From assembly GCF_020745735.1 (NCBI RefSeq), contig NC_083409.1:23952048-24016047 (forward strand): DNA of 64,000 bases, written 5' to 3'. Shown here one piece after another: positions 36,801 to 50,610 of the stretch. The DNA comes from Hemiscyllium ocellatum. Taxonomy: Eukaryota. The position numbers and the translations under genes are program-made. The notes beneath the pieces are model-generated. The model made no database searches, was not told where the DNA came from, and worked only from the letters and a program-made list of their open reading frames with translations. How positions within the stretch are numbered: the stretch's first letter is position 1; every line of letters begins with the position of its first letter.

Positions 36801-39800
36801 GATGTTTGATTACTTTCGGTCAAGTCGGTTTAAGGGTGGAGGAAGTGTTGAGTTTTCTGAAAGGCATTAAGGTGGACAAGTCTCCAGGTCGGGATGGGAT
36901 CTATCCCAGGTTACCGAGGAAACTGAGAGAGGAAATAGCTGGGGCCTTAACAGATATCTTTGTAGCCTCCTTAAGCGTGGCAGAGATCCCAGACGACTGG
37001 AGAATTGCTAATACTGTCCTTTGTTTAAGAAGGGCAGCAAGGATAATCCAGGTAATTATAGACCGGTGAGCCTGACGTCAGCGGTAGGGAAGATGCTGGA
37101 GAAGATACTGAGGGATTATATCTATTTACATTTGGAAGAAAATTGACTTATCAGTGAAAGGCAGCATGATTTTGTGCAGAGAATGTCATATCTTACTAAA
37201 TTAATAGAATTCTTTGAAGAAGTGACAAAGTTGATTGATGAGGAAAGGGCTGTAGATGTCATATACACAGACTTCAGTAATGTGTTTCACAAAGTTCCCC
37301 ATGATAGCCTGATGGAGAAATCAAAGACACATGGGGTCCAGGGTGTACTAGCCAGATGGTTAGAGAACAAGCTGGACAACAGGAGACAGACAGTAGCAGA
37401 GGAAGGGAGTTTCTCAAAATTGAAAACTATGACCTGTGGTGTTCCACAGGGATCCATGTTGTTTATGATGTACATAGATGATCTGGAGGAAAGTATAGGT
37501 GGTCTGATTAGCAAGTTTGCAGATGACACTAAGATTGATGGAGTAGCAGATAGTGAAGGGGACTGTCAGAGAATACAGCAGAATATGGATAGATTGGAGA
37601 GTTGGGCAGGGAATGAAACAGACGGAGTTCAATCCGGACAAATGCGAGCTGATGAATTTTGGAAGATCCAATTCTAGAGTGAACTATACAGTGAATGGAA
37701 AGCCCTGGAAAAAATTGATGTACAGAGAGATCTGGGTGTTCAGGTTCATCGTAACCTGAAGGTGGCAACACAGGTCAATAGAGTGGTCAAGAAGGTATAT
37801 GGCCGGCTTTCCTTCATTGGATGGGGTACTGAGTACAAATCTTGGCAGGTCATGTTAGAATTATATTGGACTTTGGTTTGGCCCCATTTGGAATACTGCC
37901 CACAGTTCTGGTCGCCATATTACCAGAAGATGTGGATGTTTTGGAAAGGGTGCAGAGGAGGTTCACCAGGATTGCCTAGTATTGGAGGGCACTAGCTATG
38001 GAGAAAGGTTGAGTAGATCAGGATTATTTTCATGAGAAAGTCGAAGGTTGAGGGGAGACCTGCTTGAGATCTACGAAATCATGAGAGGGAGAGATAGAGT
38101 GGATAGCACGAATCTTTTTCCCAAGGGGGACTCAATTACTCGGGCTCATGAGTTGAAGGTTAGATGGGAAAGTTTAAGGGAGAAATGCATGGAAAGTTCT
38201 TTACACAGAATGTGGTTGGTGCCTGGAACGTGTTGCCAGCCAAGGTGATAGAGGCAGGCATGATCGCACCATTAAAGATGTATCTAGACAGTCACAGGAA
38301 TGGGCAGGGAGCAAAGGGATAAAGATCCTTGGAAAATTGATGACTAATTTAGGTAGATATTCTGGATCGGCGTAGGCTTGGAGGGCCGAAGGGTCTGAGT
38401 CTGTGCTGTAATTTTCTTTGTTCTTTGAACTGACGAAGCTCAGTGGCACAGAGTGATCGTGGGGTACTTGCCCACTGATCTCTGAATGTGGCAAGACAGG
38501 TTAACAGAGCAGTTATGAAGGCACTTGCATTTGTCATTCAGGTGTTGGCTATAAAAGCAGGAGGATTATGGTGCAGTTAAGCAGAACATTGGTGAGGTCA
38601 CAGCTGGGGTACTGTGTGTAGTTCAGGTCACCACACTGTAGGAAGGATGTGATTGCACTGGATGGGGTGCAGAGGGGAATCACCAGAATGTTGTGTGGGA
38701 TGAAACCTCTCAGTGATGAAGAGAATTTGGAACAGCTCGGGATTTTTTCTTCAGAGCAGAGAAGGTGGAGGGGGTGCCTGATCGAGGTGTATAGGGTATG
38801 AGGGGAATGGACAGGGTGGATAGAAGGCAGCTGTTCTCCTTTGTGGGTGGGGGGGGTCAAGAACAAGTTGGTTCACATTCAATGTGAAAGGTAACAGGTT
38901 TCAAGATGTTTTGAGGAAATTGTTTTTCACCCAGAGGATGATGTGGTTCTGGAATGCACACCGTGGGAAGGTAGTTGAAGTGGGAAACCTCATAAACCTT
39001 AAAAAGTACTTGGGTGAGTAGTTGAAATGTCAAGCGATGGGCCTTGTGTTGGAAAGTGAGACTGGTGTAGGTTTAGTGTAAATTGGCTGGCACACAGTTA
39101 ATGGGCCAAAGGGCCTCTTCTGTACTGTGTGATTTTATGATTCTATTGTGTGCAGTTTTGGACTCAGTATCTGAGAAATGATGTTCTGGTTGTGGAGGGA
39201 GGGAAATGAAGGTTTACCAGACTGACCCCTGCGACGACAGCACTTATATCTGTTGAGAAACTGGATCAGTTAGGACTATATTCACTGGAGTTTAGAAGAT
39301 TGAGAGGAATCGCACTGAAACCTTTAAAATCCTAACAGGAAAAGATGGAAAAACACAAGAAGGATGTTCCTAATGACTGGAGAATCCAGAACCAGGAATT
39401 ACAGTTTAAAGAAAAGGGAAAGGCCATTTCGGACTGAGATAAGGAGACATTTCTTTAGCCAGAGAGTGGGAAGTTGGTGGAATATTCTGTCACAGAAAGC
39501 AGTTGAGCCCAAACCATTAAATGTTTTCAAGAAGATGATAGGTACAGTTCTTGGGACTGAAGGGATTAAAGGTTATGGGGGAAAATGGGAACAGGGGACA
39601 AAGTTGAATAATCAACCATCGTCATATTGAATGGTGGAACTGACTCAAAGGGCTGAATGGCCTCCTCCTGCTCTTAGTTCCTTTGCTTATATGTATGAGA
39701 GATTGTTCATAAACATGGAAATAATGGAATTATCGAGTCACAGAGTCATCGAGTCCTACAGCACAGAGACAGGCCCTTTGGCCCAAACTGGACCGTGCTG

Positions 39801-40540
39801 ACCAAAATGTCCATCCACACTAACCCCATTTCCCTGCACTTGGCCCATATCCTTCAACGATTTTCCTATCTGTGCATTTGTCAAAATGCGTTTTCAATAT
39901 TGTTAATGTACCCCCCTCAATCATTTCCACTGCAGCTCATTCCATATGCGGACAACCCTCTCTGTAAAAATGTTGTCCCTTAGGTTCTCTTTTATTCTAA
40001 CCTTAAACTGATGCCCTCTACTCCTTGATTCCCCAACTCTGGGAAAAAGACTGAGTGCATTCACTCTATCCATGTCTCACATGATCTTTTCTACTTCTAA
40101 AAGATCCCCCTCAGTCTCCTACGCTCCAAGAAATGAATCCTAATTTGTCCAACCTCTCCCTGTCACTCAGATCATTGAGTCCAGCCAACATCCTTGTAAA
40201 GTTTTTCTGTCCTCTTTGTGGTTTAATAATATCCTTCCTATAACAAGGTGACCAAAATTGAACACAACACTCCAAGTGAGACCTCACTAATGTCCTGTAC
40301 AATTGTAATATAACTTCCCAAATTCTATACCCAGTACCCTGACTGATGAAGGCCATGACACCACTTCTTGTAGTGTCATCTGTAAACTTACTAATCATGC
40401 CTTGCAGATTCTCATCCAAATTATTGATAGAGATAACAAACAGTAATGGGCCCAGCACTGAACCCTGAGGCACTCCACAAGTCACTGGCCCCCAGTCAGA
40501 CTAGCATCCTTCCACTATGACCCTCTGCTTCCTACCATTA
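33810..40540. mobile_element. Stack of degenerate CR1 fragments (mostly +; ~39755-40540 on -)
   Basis: RT motifs in ORFs 34257, 36779, 37174, 37762 and 40111 (minus). Confidence 0.85.
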
Positions 40541-41188
40541 AGCCAATTAGAGAAAAATATCTGTCTTTGGTGAGGAATTCATTTGGGTGTAGGCGGCCTT
40601 TGGATGTAGGAGACAGAGAAGAGGGATAATGTGTGTGCTCTCCAATAATGTGAATATTGGTGTCCCCAGGGATCTGCGCTGGGACCTCAGCATTTCATGA
40701 TATTTCTCAATGACATGGATGAAGGAATAGCGAGCCATTTATCCAAGATTGCAGACCACACTGAGCAACACAGCTTGGAGGAGGTTACAGAGATAGGGAG
40801 AGTGAAGGACAGGGATGGATTTGAGAACAAGCATGAGAATTTGATGACCGAAGTATTGCTGGTCCAGGAGCCAATGTAGATATGGCGTGCAGGGGATTGG
40901 GGGAACAGAAGTTGGTGCAAGTCTGGACATGGGCAGCAGACTTTGGTAAGAGTGAGTGCAGTGTCTGTGATGTGTGCAAGCACAACATTAGAATGCCCAT
41001 GTTTGGAGTCACAACAGGACGGCTGAGATTTTCAGTGGCTGATCTTTGTGATGTGGAAGATGTGGGACTCAGATCAGCAGGAAAGATGAGGCCCAGGTTG
41101 AAAGGAGTCTGGTTGAGCAGCAGACAGTGCTCAGGGAGAGGGATGGAGTTTATACCGGGAGCTGAAGAAGATGGCTGCGACCTTCACA

Positions 41189-41372
41189 GTGAGCCTGGCT
41201 CCTCAGTCCTGACTGCTCTTAGCTGCTGTGATTGTCACTGATTGGACACTTATTATTAGAGATTCTGACCACAGCAGAAAGCCCCAGTATAAAAAATAAC
41301 TGCAAAGGCTGTCAGATCGCAAGGTTGAAACTTCACCCAGAGAGGAAGTGAAAGAAGGAGCTCGGAGCAGCT
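41189..41372 (+). promoter_or_regulatory. Conserved module M1, copy B
   Basis: CTGATTGG 41238-41245, ACCACA, GGAAGTGAAA 41344-41353, CATCTG just downstream; 5 differences from copy C in 184 nt. Confidence 0.55.
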
Positions 41373-43429
41373 CATAAACACACACATCTGCACTCAGAGA
41401 TCAGAAACAGAATCCAGCAGCAGCTCTGTCTCCAAGCTGTGAAACCTGCACAGAATTGTTCCCTCATTCAGTTTTTAACTGGCAGGATAGACCAAGCAGG
41501 GGAGGCAACACAGTGGTGTGTACAGTCGGAAGGGAGTTGCCCTGAGAGTCCTCACCATTAACTATGGAACCCATGAAGCCTCATGACAGCAGGTCAAACA
41601 TGGGGAAGGAAACCTCCTGCTGATTACCACATAGCACCGCCCTCCCCTCCAACCTCAACTGAGCAGTCAGCCCTCCTCCATGTTGAACAACACTTGGAGG
41701 GAGCACTGAGGGTGGGAAGGATGCAGGATATACTCTGAGTAAGGGACTTCAAAGTCCACCATCAAAAGCTGCTCAGAAGCATCACTACTGAGCAAGCTGG
41801 TCACGCTCCACCTGATTCAGCTGCTAGACTGGACCTGGGGCGGGTGGTGAGGGAACCAACAAGACCGGAAAACGTACTCACTATCACGTTCACCAATCTG
41901 CCTGCTGCTGGTGTAGCTGGCCATGACAGTATCAGTAAGGGTGACCACTGCACAGTCCGTGTGGAGACAAAATCCTGTCTTCACATTGAGAATACCTTAC
42001 ATTTTGTTGGGCAAGAGATATGGAATGTCAGAAAGAACTTTGATTTTAGCAGCAATTGGCAAAGTCTTGGAAATTAGTGTCCATTCAGGTGAGGCAGGTG
42101 AAGACACTCAGTGATTGCAATGGCAGATTGGATGGGCTCTTGATGGAAATAAACCTGCAAGGCTCTGGGGGTCGAGTAGGGGAGGGGGTGGGACTGACTG
42201 GATTGCTCCATGACATGACAGCATTTACCTGACAGGCTGAATGTTCTCCCCCTGTGCTGGAAATAGGTCTCACTCAATGAGGGGTTCACAATTAGAGAGT
42301 TTGGATGCAGTAAATACAGGACAAATTGTTTCTCCAGGCAGGAGGGTCAGTAACCAGAGGACACACATTTCAGAAAGGGTCTGAAGAACAAGAGAGAAGA
42401 TAGGAACATTTTTATCCAGTGAGCTCATGATGACTGTCTGCAAGGTGAGTGGAAGTGGATTCAACAGCAACTTTCAAAACGGCATTTGGAGAAATAGCTG
42501 AAAAGGAAACAATTGCAGGGTTTTACATGAAGGGCTGGGTAAGTGGGACTCATTGGACTCATTTGACTAACAGTCACTATAGGCCAAGTGACCTCTGTCT
42601 GTGCTGTATAAGAGCTCACACACACTTAGTCTCACCTTTACACAAAAACTGGGAGAAAGAGACAACCCAGTTTACAGAAAAGTGTTTTCTCAAGCAAAAC
42701 GCTCTTGAACCAACTCAGGGAACGCGCCAGACTAGATTTACTGGACTACATCAGCAAATCAATGGCAAGGAACAGTGAACCAAAAGTAATGGCACTCAAC
42801 AGTATATTCAATAGCACAACAATTGAGAGGGGGAGGGATGAAGGGCAGGGGGTCAGAGAGCTCTAGGGGTCTGAAGGCTCTGCTGTCAATAGTGGGATGG
42901 AGGAAGCAGCAATGCGCAGGAGACCAGCGAGAGAAGATGGAAGGGGGAGGGAGGGAATGTGAGTCTGCAGCAGGACACGGAGTGAGGGAGGAGAAAGGCC
43001 ATGGAGGCAATTGGCTGTCAGTGAGGTCAGGGGTCATTCTGGAACAACACATGGAAAGACATGGAAGAGACCACGCCATATCAGACAAGCTGGCGTTTAT
43101 AGAATTTGGCTTCAGGAAGCCGGGAGAGGACATTGGAATCATATAGTTAGAAGGCGGGACAAACAGGAATTAGGGTTTCTGTGGTCAAGGGGCTGAGGTA
43201 GTGCAGAGACGGACAATGTTGTTAAGACTGAAATAAGAGACCTACGTGATGGAGAGGATGTGGGGTTTGCAGCTCACGTATTGGACAGTCCTGAGGGAAG
43301 GAGGCCCATGTTTACTGGTCTCTTCTGAAGCATCCAGTGGGAAGGAGGTCCATGTTTATTGGTGCCTATTGGAGGTTCCAGTGGGAAGGACGTCCATGTT
43401 TACTGGTCCTATGGGAAGATGGACCATGT

Positions 43430-44670
43430 AGACATCATCATAGAGTTATGGAGGTTTATAACATGGCATTAGGCCCTTCAGCTCTACTCATCCATGCCGA
43501 CCAAGTTTCCAAAATTGAACTAGTCCCATTTGCCTGTGTTTGGCCCAAATCTCTCCGAATCCTTCCTATCCATGTTCCTGTAAAAATGTCCTGGAAATGT
43601 AGTAATTGTACTCACCTTTACCACTTCCTCTGGCAGCTCATTGCAAACACACGCCATCCTCTGTGTGAAAAGGTTGCCTCTCAGGGCCCTTCTAATTCTT
43701 TCCCCTCTCAACTTAAATCTATTCCTTCTAGTACTGGACTCTCCTACACTGGGGAAAAGACTTTGACTATTCATCTTATCAATGACCCTCATGATTCTAT
43801 ATGCCTCTATCTGGTCACCCCTCAATCTTCTGCATTCCCTGGAAGAACATCTTGGCCTATCCATCCTCGCCTTATAATTCAAACCCTCCAATCTTGGTAA
43901 CATCCCTGTTAATCTTTGTTTTATCCAAACCAGTGTAATAACTTCCTTCCTATAGCAGGGTGAGCAGAAATGTGCACAGTGTCTAAATGTGACCTTATCA
44001 ATGTCTTATACAGCTGTCACATGATGTCCCAGCTCCTGTACTCCCTGCTTTGACCAATGAAGGTGTGCGTGCCAAATACCTTCTTCACCACCCTGTCTAC
44101 CTGTGACATCATTTTCAAGGAACTATGTACCTGTACCCCTCAGTCTCGCTGTTCAACAACACTCCCCATGGCTCTACCATTAATTGTGTAATTTCTGCCC
44201 TGGTTTGTCTTACTAAAAGGTAACTCCTTCCATTTATCGAAATTAAACTCCATCTGGATTTGTTGACCCACTGGCCCAGTTGATCAAGATGACATTGCAC
44301 TCTTGCATAATCTTCTTCCCTGTCGACGATGCCAACAATTTTAATGTCAGCCACAAACTTACTGACCATTCCTGCTATTTTCTCATCCACATTGTTTATA
44401 TAAATGAAGACCAACAGTGGATCCAGGATCATTTCTTGTGGCAGACGGCTGGTCACTAGCCTCCAGTGTGAAGAATAACCCTCTCTCACCAGCCTCTGAT
44501 TCCTACCATTAGGCCCATTTTATATCCAATTGGCTCGATCTCCCTGGATCCTATGTGATATAATCTTACTGAGCAGTCTGCCATGGTGAGGGAAACCTTG
44601 TCTAAGGCCTTGCTAAAGTCCATGCAGACAGAGTGTACTGCTCTACCTTTATCTACCTTTTTGCTTACTT
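43430..44670 (-). mobile_element. CR1 3' half inserted in the minisatellite of block B
   Basis: Minus-strand ORFs 43520 and 44115 with CR1 RT motifs (KFVADIKIVG). Confidence 0.85.
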
Positions 44671-44981
44671 GATTAGATTAGACTTACAGTGTGGAAACAG
44701 GCCCTTCGGCCCAACAAGTCCACACCGACCCGCCGAAGCGAAACCCACCCATACCCCTACATTTACCCCTTACCTAACACTACGGGCAATTTAGCATGGC
44801 CAATTCACCTGACCCGCACATCTTTGGACTGTGGGAGGAAACCGGAGCACCCGGAGGAAACCCACGCAGACACGGGGAGAACGTGCAAACTCCACACAGT
44901 CAGTCACCTGAGTCGGGAATTGAACCCGGGTCTCAGGTGCTGTGAGGCAGCAGTGCTAACCACTGTGCCACCGTGCCGCCC
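44671..44981 (-). mobile_element. HE1-like V-SINE, young
   Basis: Nearly identical reverse complement of 52562-52874. Confidence 0.93.
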
Positions 44982-47900
44982 ACTGAGACTTCTTCAAACA
45001 CTCAGCCATCCACTCATCTCCATTGGAAAGTCCAGCGATTAGGAGCCCCATGTTTACTGGTCTCAATTTGGAGGTTCAGTGGGAATGAGGCCTATGTTTA
45101 CTGGTTTCAGTTGGGAGGTTCAGTGGGAAGGAGGTCCATGTCTCTCCATTGGGCAGCCCTGTGAACTGAATTCCACATTTGTTGCACTCTGTTGGAGTGT
45201 CCATTACATCATGGACGCCATGGTTGGTGTGGGGCCAGTTCCCTTCTGTTGTAACTTTGATGCTCTGAACATCATCCCAGTGAAACACCTTGACTCAGAG
45301 ACTGATCATGGAATGGGAAGGAGAGGGGAAGGGATTTGAACATGTTGTGAATGGACAGGATGGGTCAGTGGGTCAGAACCTGTCCTGCCCCATCCCCCCA
45401 GGTCATACTGATGGCCTGAGGATCTCATCTCTCTGCTGGGCCTTCATGGAATGAGGTTTGTGTCCAAACCAGTCCCCAGTGAGAATAGGCCAACAGCACA
45501 GAACTGCCCTTCATTTGACAAGAATCTGTCCATCTTCCTGAGAGAGGCTAAACCTTGGTCACTGTGGAAAATGGGGCCTTACTCCAGGGAAAAAAAACAC
45601 GCTTCTGGGGTCAAAGGTTAATATCCATTATCGGGGCAGAGCAGAAGGAGATTTATTCTGCATTCAACTGTCATCACCTGGGACACTGTGAGAAAGGGAG
45701 AGAAGTGAGAGAGAGAGAGAGAGAGTTCGAGGGAGAGTGTGTGTGTAATCGAGGAATAGAGGGAGGAGCATCTGAGACAGTGTGAGATATGTCAGGGGAC
45801 CGAGAGAGGTAGAGGGTGGTAGAAATGGTGTGGTTGATGGAGAGAGAGAGAGAGAGAGAGAAAAGGAGAGAGAGAAACGAGGTGTGATTGAAAGGGATGG
45901 AGAGAGAGAAAGAGGCAGGATGGGTGTGATACCAAGAGTGAAGGGAATCGGGAGAGAGAGGGTCAGGTTGAGTGTGAGTGAGAGAGAGAGAGACATGAGT
46001 ATGTTTAGAGACAGAATGACAGAGAGGGAAGGAGTGAGACTGTAGATTGGGATGCAGAGAGGGAGAGAGAGAGACAGAGGGAGGAATAGAGAGGGACAGA
46101 TAACATTTGGAGGCTTTCAATTGAAGCGAGTGATGGAGCGAGTGACGGAGACTGAGAGAGATGGAGAAATAGACATTATCTGACGGAGTGAGGAACCGTG
46201 AGTGAGTTGGAGAGAGTGGCTATGAGAGAGGGGCGGGGAGACAGAGAGAGAGAGAGAGAGAGAAAATATGAAAGAGAATATGAAAGAGATGAAAAGTGGG
46301 AGAGAGATAGAGAGGTAGAGAGAAAGAAGTGGCAGATGTGAGTCAAAAAGGAAGATAGAGAGAAAGAGAGAGGTGGACAGGTCGTGGTCACCACATTCTG
46401 GGAAGGATGTAATTGTACTTGAGAGGGTGCAGTGATTTACCAGGATGTTGTCTGCAATAGAGAGTCAGTTATGAGGAAAGATTGGAAAGGTTGAGGTTGT
46501 TTTGCGTGGAGCAGTGAAGGTTGAGAAAGAACCTCATTGAGGGGTATAAGATTATTCAAGGCTGTGATATGGTGGGTAGGAAATAAAAACATCAATAAAA
46601 CAGTTATTAATGTGATTCTCAGAGATGTGTCATTATTCTAGTCACAAACAATTATTTCCCAGTGAAGGGGTCCATCCTTCTGAATATTGGATACAGCTGG
46701 GCTTTGGAGAAATATTGGGCAGAATGGAGTGTAATGTGGGGGACAAGAATCACAAAGTTAGTACACAGCTACAGCAAGTGAATCCGGAGGCAGATGGAGT
46801 GTTGGTGCTCCTTGTAAAGGGAATGCAATCTAAAAGCAGGGACATTTTACTGCAGCTGTACAGGGGTTAGGGTTAGGAGCTAGGTGGGAGGACATCTGGA
46901 GTATGGTGTCCAGTATCAGGCTCCTTATTGAATAAAGGACAGGAGCTACATTGGATGTAGTTCAGAGATAGTTCCCTTGACTGATTCCTGGTACGGAGCG
47001 ATTGTCTTATGGGCAAAGGTCAAACAGGTTTGGAATCTGATCCCTGGAGTTTAGAAGAATGAGAGGGAATCTCATTGAAATGTATAGAATTCTTAAGGGG
47101 ATTGACAGGGGAAGTGCTGGATGTTTCCCTTCTTGGGAGAATAAAGGCGACACAGAAAACCACTGGGTAACCACTAGGACAGAATCAGGAATACAGGAGG
47201 ACCAGAAACCTGAACTGTATCTAATTTAATGTAAGGAGCTTGACGAGTAAGGAGGTTGAACTGAGAGCATTGACCAGCACGTGGGAATATCATATTGCTG
47301 CAAATGGTGAGACATGATTGAACAAAGATAGGACTGGCAACTCAACATTCCAGGTTAGAGAAGTCTCAGGTGGGATAGAGGGAATGCAGGAGAGGTGGGT
47401 GTATTGCATTATTGATAAAGGAGACCATCACTGCAAGATTGAAGAAGCATTTCTTGGAAGGCTCTTCAAATGAGGCCATCTGGGTGAAGCTAAAAATACA
47501 AAAAGAATAATGACTTTGCTGGGATTGTACTTTAGACTCCCAATAGTCAGATGGAGAGAGAGGAGTAGATATGTTGGCAAATCACAGAGAGGTGTGAGAG
47601 GAATAGGGTTATGTTAGTAGGGAGTTTCAACTTCTCTAAGATGAACTGGGATTGCCTTTGTGTGAATGGTGGAATGTTTAAAGTCCACCCAGGAGAGCTT
47701 TTGGTGCCAGTATGTAGATAGTCCCTCTAAACATGGGCAGTGCTGGACTCAATCCTAGGTAATGAAACCAGTCAAATAGTTGAAGAGTCAGTGGGTGAGC
47801 ATTTTGCAGATATTGAACATAAGTCCATAAGTTTTATAATTATTATGGAAAGGAATAAGGGTAGTGCAGAAAGGTAAGTGTCTAAAGTGAGGCAAGGCCA

Positions 47901-49869
47901 ATTTCAATGTCATGAGACAGGATCTGGCAAATACAGACTGGGAGCAGTTACTTACAGGTCAGTCTACATTTGGAAAGTGGGAAGCTTTTTAATGTGAGAC
48001 ATTGAGAATTCAGGGCCAGCTCAGAAAGAAAGGCAAGGGCAGCAACTCCTGGGATCCTGGATGTCAAGGAAGATGGATAGTTTGGGAAAGGAAAAGAAGG
48101 AAAGCTTTGTCAGTGACAGAGCATCAAAAACAAGGGAGGCCCTTCAGGAGGAGAGAAAGTGTGGGGAGGTGCTTAAAAACATAGGAGGGCAAAGTGGAGC
48201 CATGAAATATCTTCGGAAGCCTGAGCCCCTCACCCCAGAATGCTTAAGAAAAAGTGGCACTAGAAAGAACAGATGCACTTGTGGTCATCTTTCAGAATTC
48301 TAGACTCTGGAGCAGTTCCTATGGATTGGAGGGTGGCTAACATAACCCCACTATTTAAGAAGGGAGGCAGAGACCGGTTAGCTTGACATCAGTAGAGGGA
48401 GAAATACTGGAGACCATTATAAAAGATGTGCAGCAAATTTTGTTGTAACCTGCACCTTATGAACTAGTATTCTTGACAAACCGGCAAAAGTTATATTCCT
48501 CAAATGCCACAAAGTTTAAGCCATTAGTCTGTCCAATTATTATATATTTATAATGTATAAATTTCAATGTAAACACACTTGTTGCTTAATTGAATATCCA
48601 CATGAAATATCAACAGTTGATTCAATTTCGAGTCAATTTCTCCTCAAACACAGCAACCTGCCGCGATGTCTGGGTAATCAGTTGAGAGTGTGAGTGAGAA
48701 GGATAGGGAGAAAGTGGGCTATTCGAGATACAAAGCATTGCTGACCACAATCATCATCTAGTGGCCTGCTGGTTGTAGCTTTTCAGGAGCTGAACAAGAA
48801 AGAAAGAGTCATTAAGCTGAACAGGAAAGTTTGCAATTAAAGATGCCCAAGTTAAGTACAAAAGTCACATACTGAGAGCAAAAGGATTTGCCTGGATTCT
48901 GGAAAGGTAAGAGCGGTGGCAGTGATGTGGTGACTGACAGATGTGAAAACAGTGTAAGGGTTTGTTGGATTCATCAAATACGAAGTGTCAATTTCTAATT
49001 AGAGTGACAATCATGATGCTAGCCAACTATTCCCATCCCAGCTGCTGGTATTATTGGACAACACAGATCTCAGACTGCAACACAAACAGAAACTGCTGAA
49101 GAAATGCAGTTGGTCTGCAGCATCTGTGGAGCATAAGCACACAATGATTTAGATGTAATAATAAGACCTCCTTAGACAAAAGAAATGAAGATGAAACATA
49201 CTGACAGAAAACACAAACTCAAAAGATTTCAAAGCTCATGGCAAATTAAAATCCTTTCTAATCTAACATTATTTCTTTCCAGTACTCAAATAACAGGGAG
49301 AAGGGATCCATTTCTCTATCAGATCTTTCGGTTTAACTTAACTGTATTTTTCATTTCATTGCCTTTAAAGTTTGATTGCCTTTTCCTTGATTAATACTTC
49401 GCTGGCCACAGGTGAAGTGCCAGAGTAGAGGATTGTCATTTTGGTTCCTTTGTTCAAGAAGGGCAGCAGGGATACGCCAGGCAATTCCAGACCAGTTAGT
49501 CTGATGTCAGTGTGAGGGCAATTATGAGAAAAAATCCTGAAGTACAGGATTGAGCAATACTCAGAGAGGTCGGGATGCCAGTATTGATTATGTCAACAAA
49601 GACCCCACATGGAACGCTGGTCCAGATGGTAAGGGTGCATGGGTTCCTAGGCAAGTTGGCAAATTTGATTAAAAATTGCCTTCCAAATATGAGGCAAAGA
49701 GTGATGGTGGAGGGTTGTCTTTGTGATTGGAAGCCTGTGACCAGTGGTGTAAGACAGGGATTGGGGCTGGAACCCTTTCTGTTTGTAATGTACATTAGTG
49801 AATTGATTGTGATTGTATAATTAGAAAGCTTTCAGATGCCACATAAATTGGTGGTGTTGTTGATATTGA

Positions 49870-50610
49870 TTTGATTTTTATTTTATTGTCACAAGTACTC
49901 AAGTACAAAAGTACAGGATTGCAGTGAAAAGTATGTAATGTCGCCTCACAAGGTGCCATCTTACGTACAAGAACCTAGGTACAGAATCTTAAGAACAAGA
50001 TAGAAAGAAAGTTTAAAGTTAAAAGATACCCATTACAGATTAGTTTTAAGAAGACAATAAAGTAACAAATCTGAAAGTTCAATCATTAGTCTTTCCTAAG
50101 CACTTAGCTACCATGGGATCATACTGCGAGTCGTTACCCTGAGACCAGAAGTCCATGCGGAGGCCATGCTGGGCTGAGAGACCACCAAATACACCAAAAG
50201 ATAACCTGTGGGCTGAGAGACAACCACACTAGGTCACTGAGAGATGGCCTTGCTCGGCTGAGAGTCCATCACGCTGGGCTGACAGTCCAGCATGCTGGGC
50301 TGAGAGGCCACCACATTAAACTGAGAGGCCACTATGTCAGACTGAGAGTCTGCCTTTCTGGGCTGGGAGGTCTCCCTGCCAGGCCAGAACACTGCCACAT
50401 AAAGCTGAGAGGCCGTATCACTGGGTCTGCACTGGTCAGAGACCAGGTGTCTGAGGCCGCGAGTCTGTGGCTGGGAGAGAAAAGATGAAAGAAGGACAAA
50501 AGAAAAACACAAAAGAAAAGAAAAAAGATGGAAGAAAACCAAGTAAAGGAAACAGGTGGAGCAGGTGAACTCGGTTTGAAGAGTCCTACTCTGCTGCTAT
50601 CTTGGATTAC
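49870..50610 (-). mobile_element. Probable non-autonomous retroposon with internal ~21-bp degenerate tandem
   Basis: Minus-strand head CCAAGATAGCAGCAG, (GGGCTGAGAG..)n core at ~50170-50480, A-rich tail AATAAAATAAAAAAT; splits a CR1 fragment. Confidence 0.5.

Noticed and set aside
41288-41295. TATA box in module M1
   Set aside because: TATAAAAA occurs only in copy B; U and C have TGTAAAAA, so it is not a conserved feature.
48787-48906. 120-nt AG/GT-bounded candidate exon
   Set aside because: Stop codons in all three frames; no recognisable homology.
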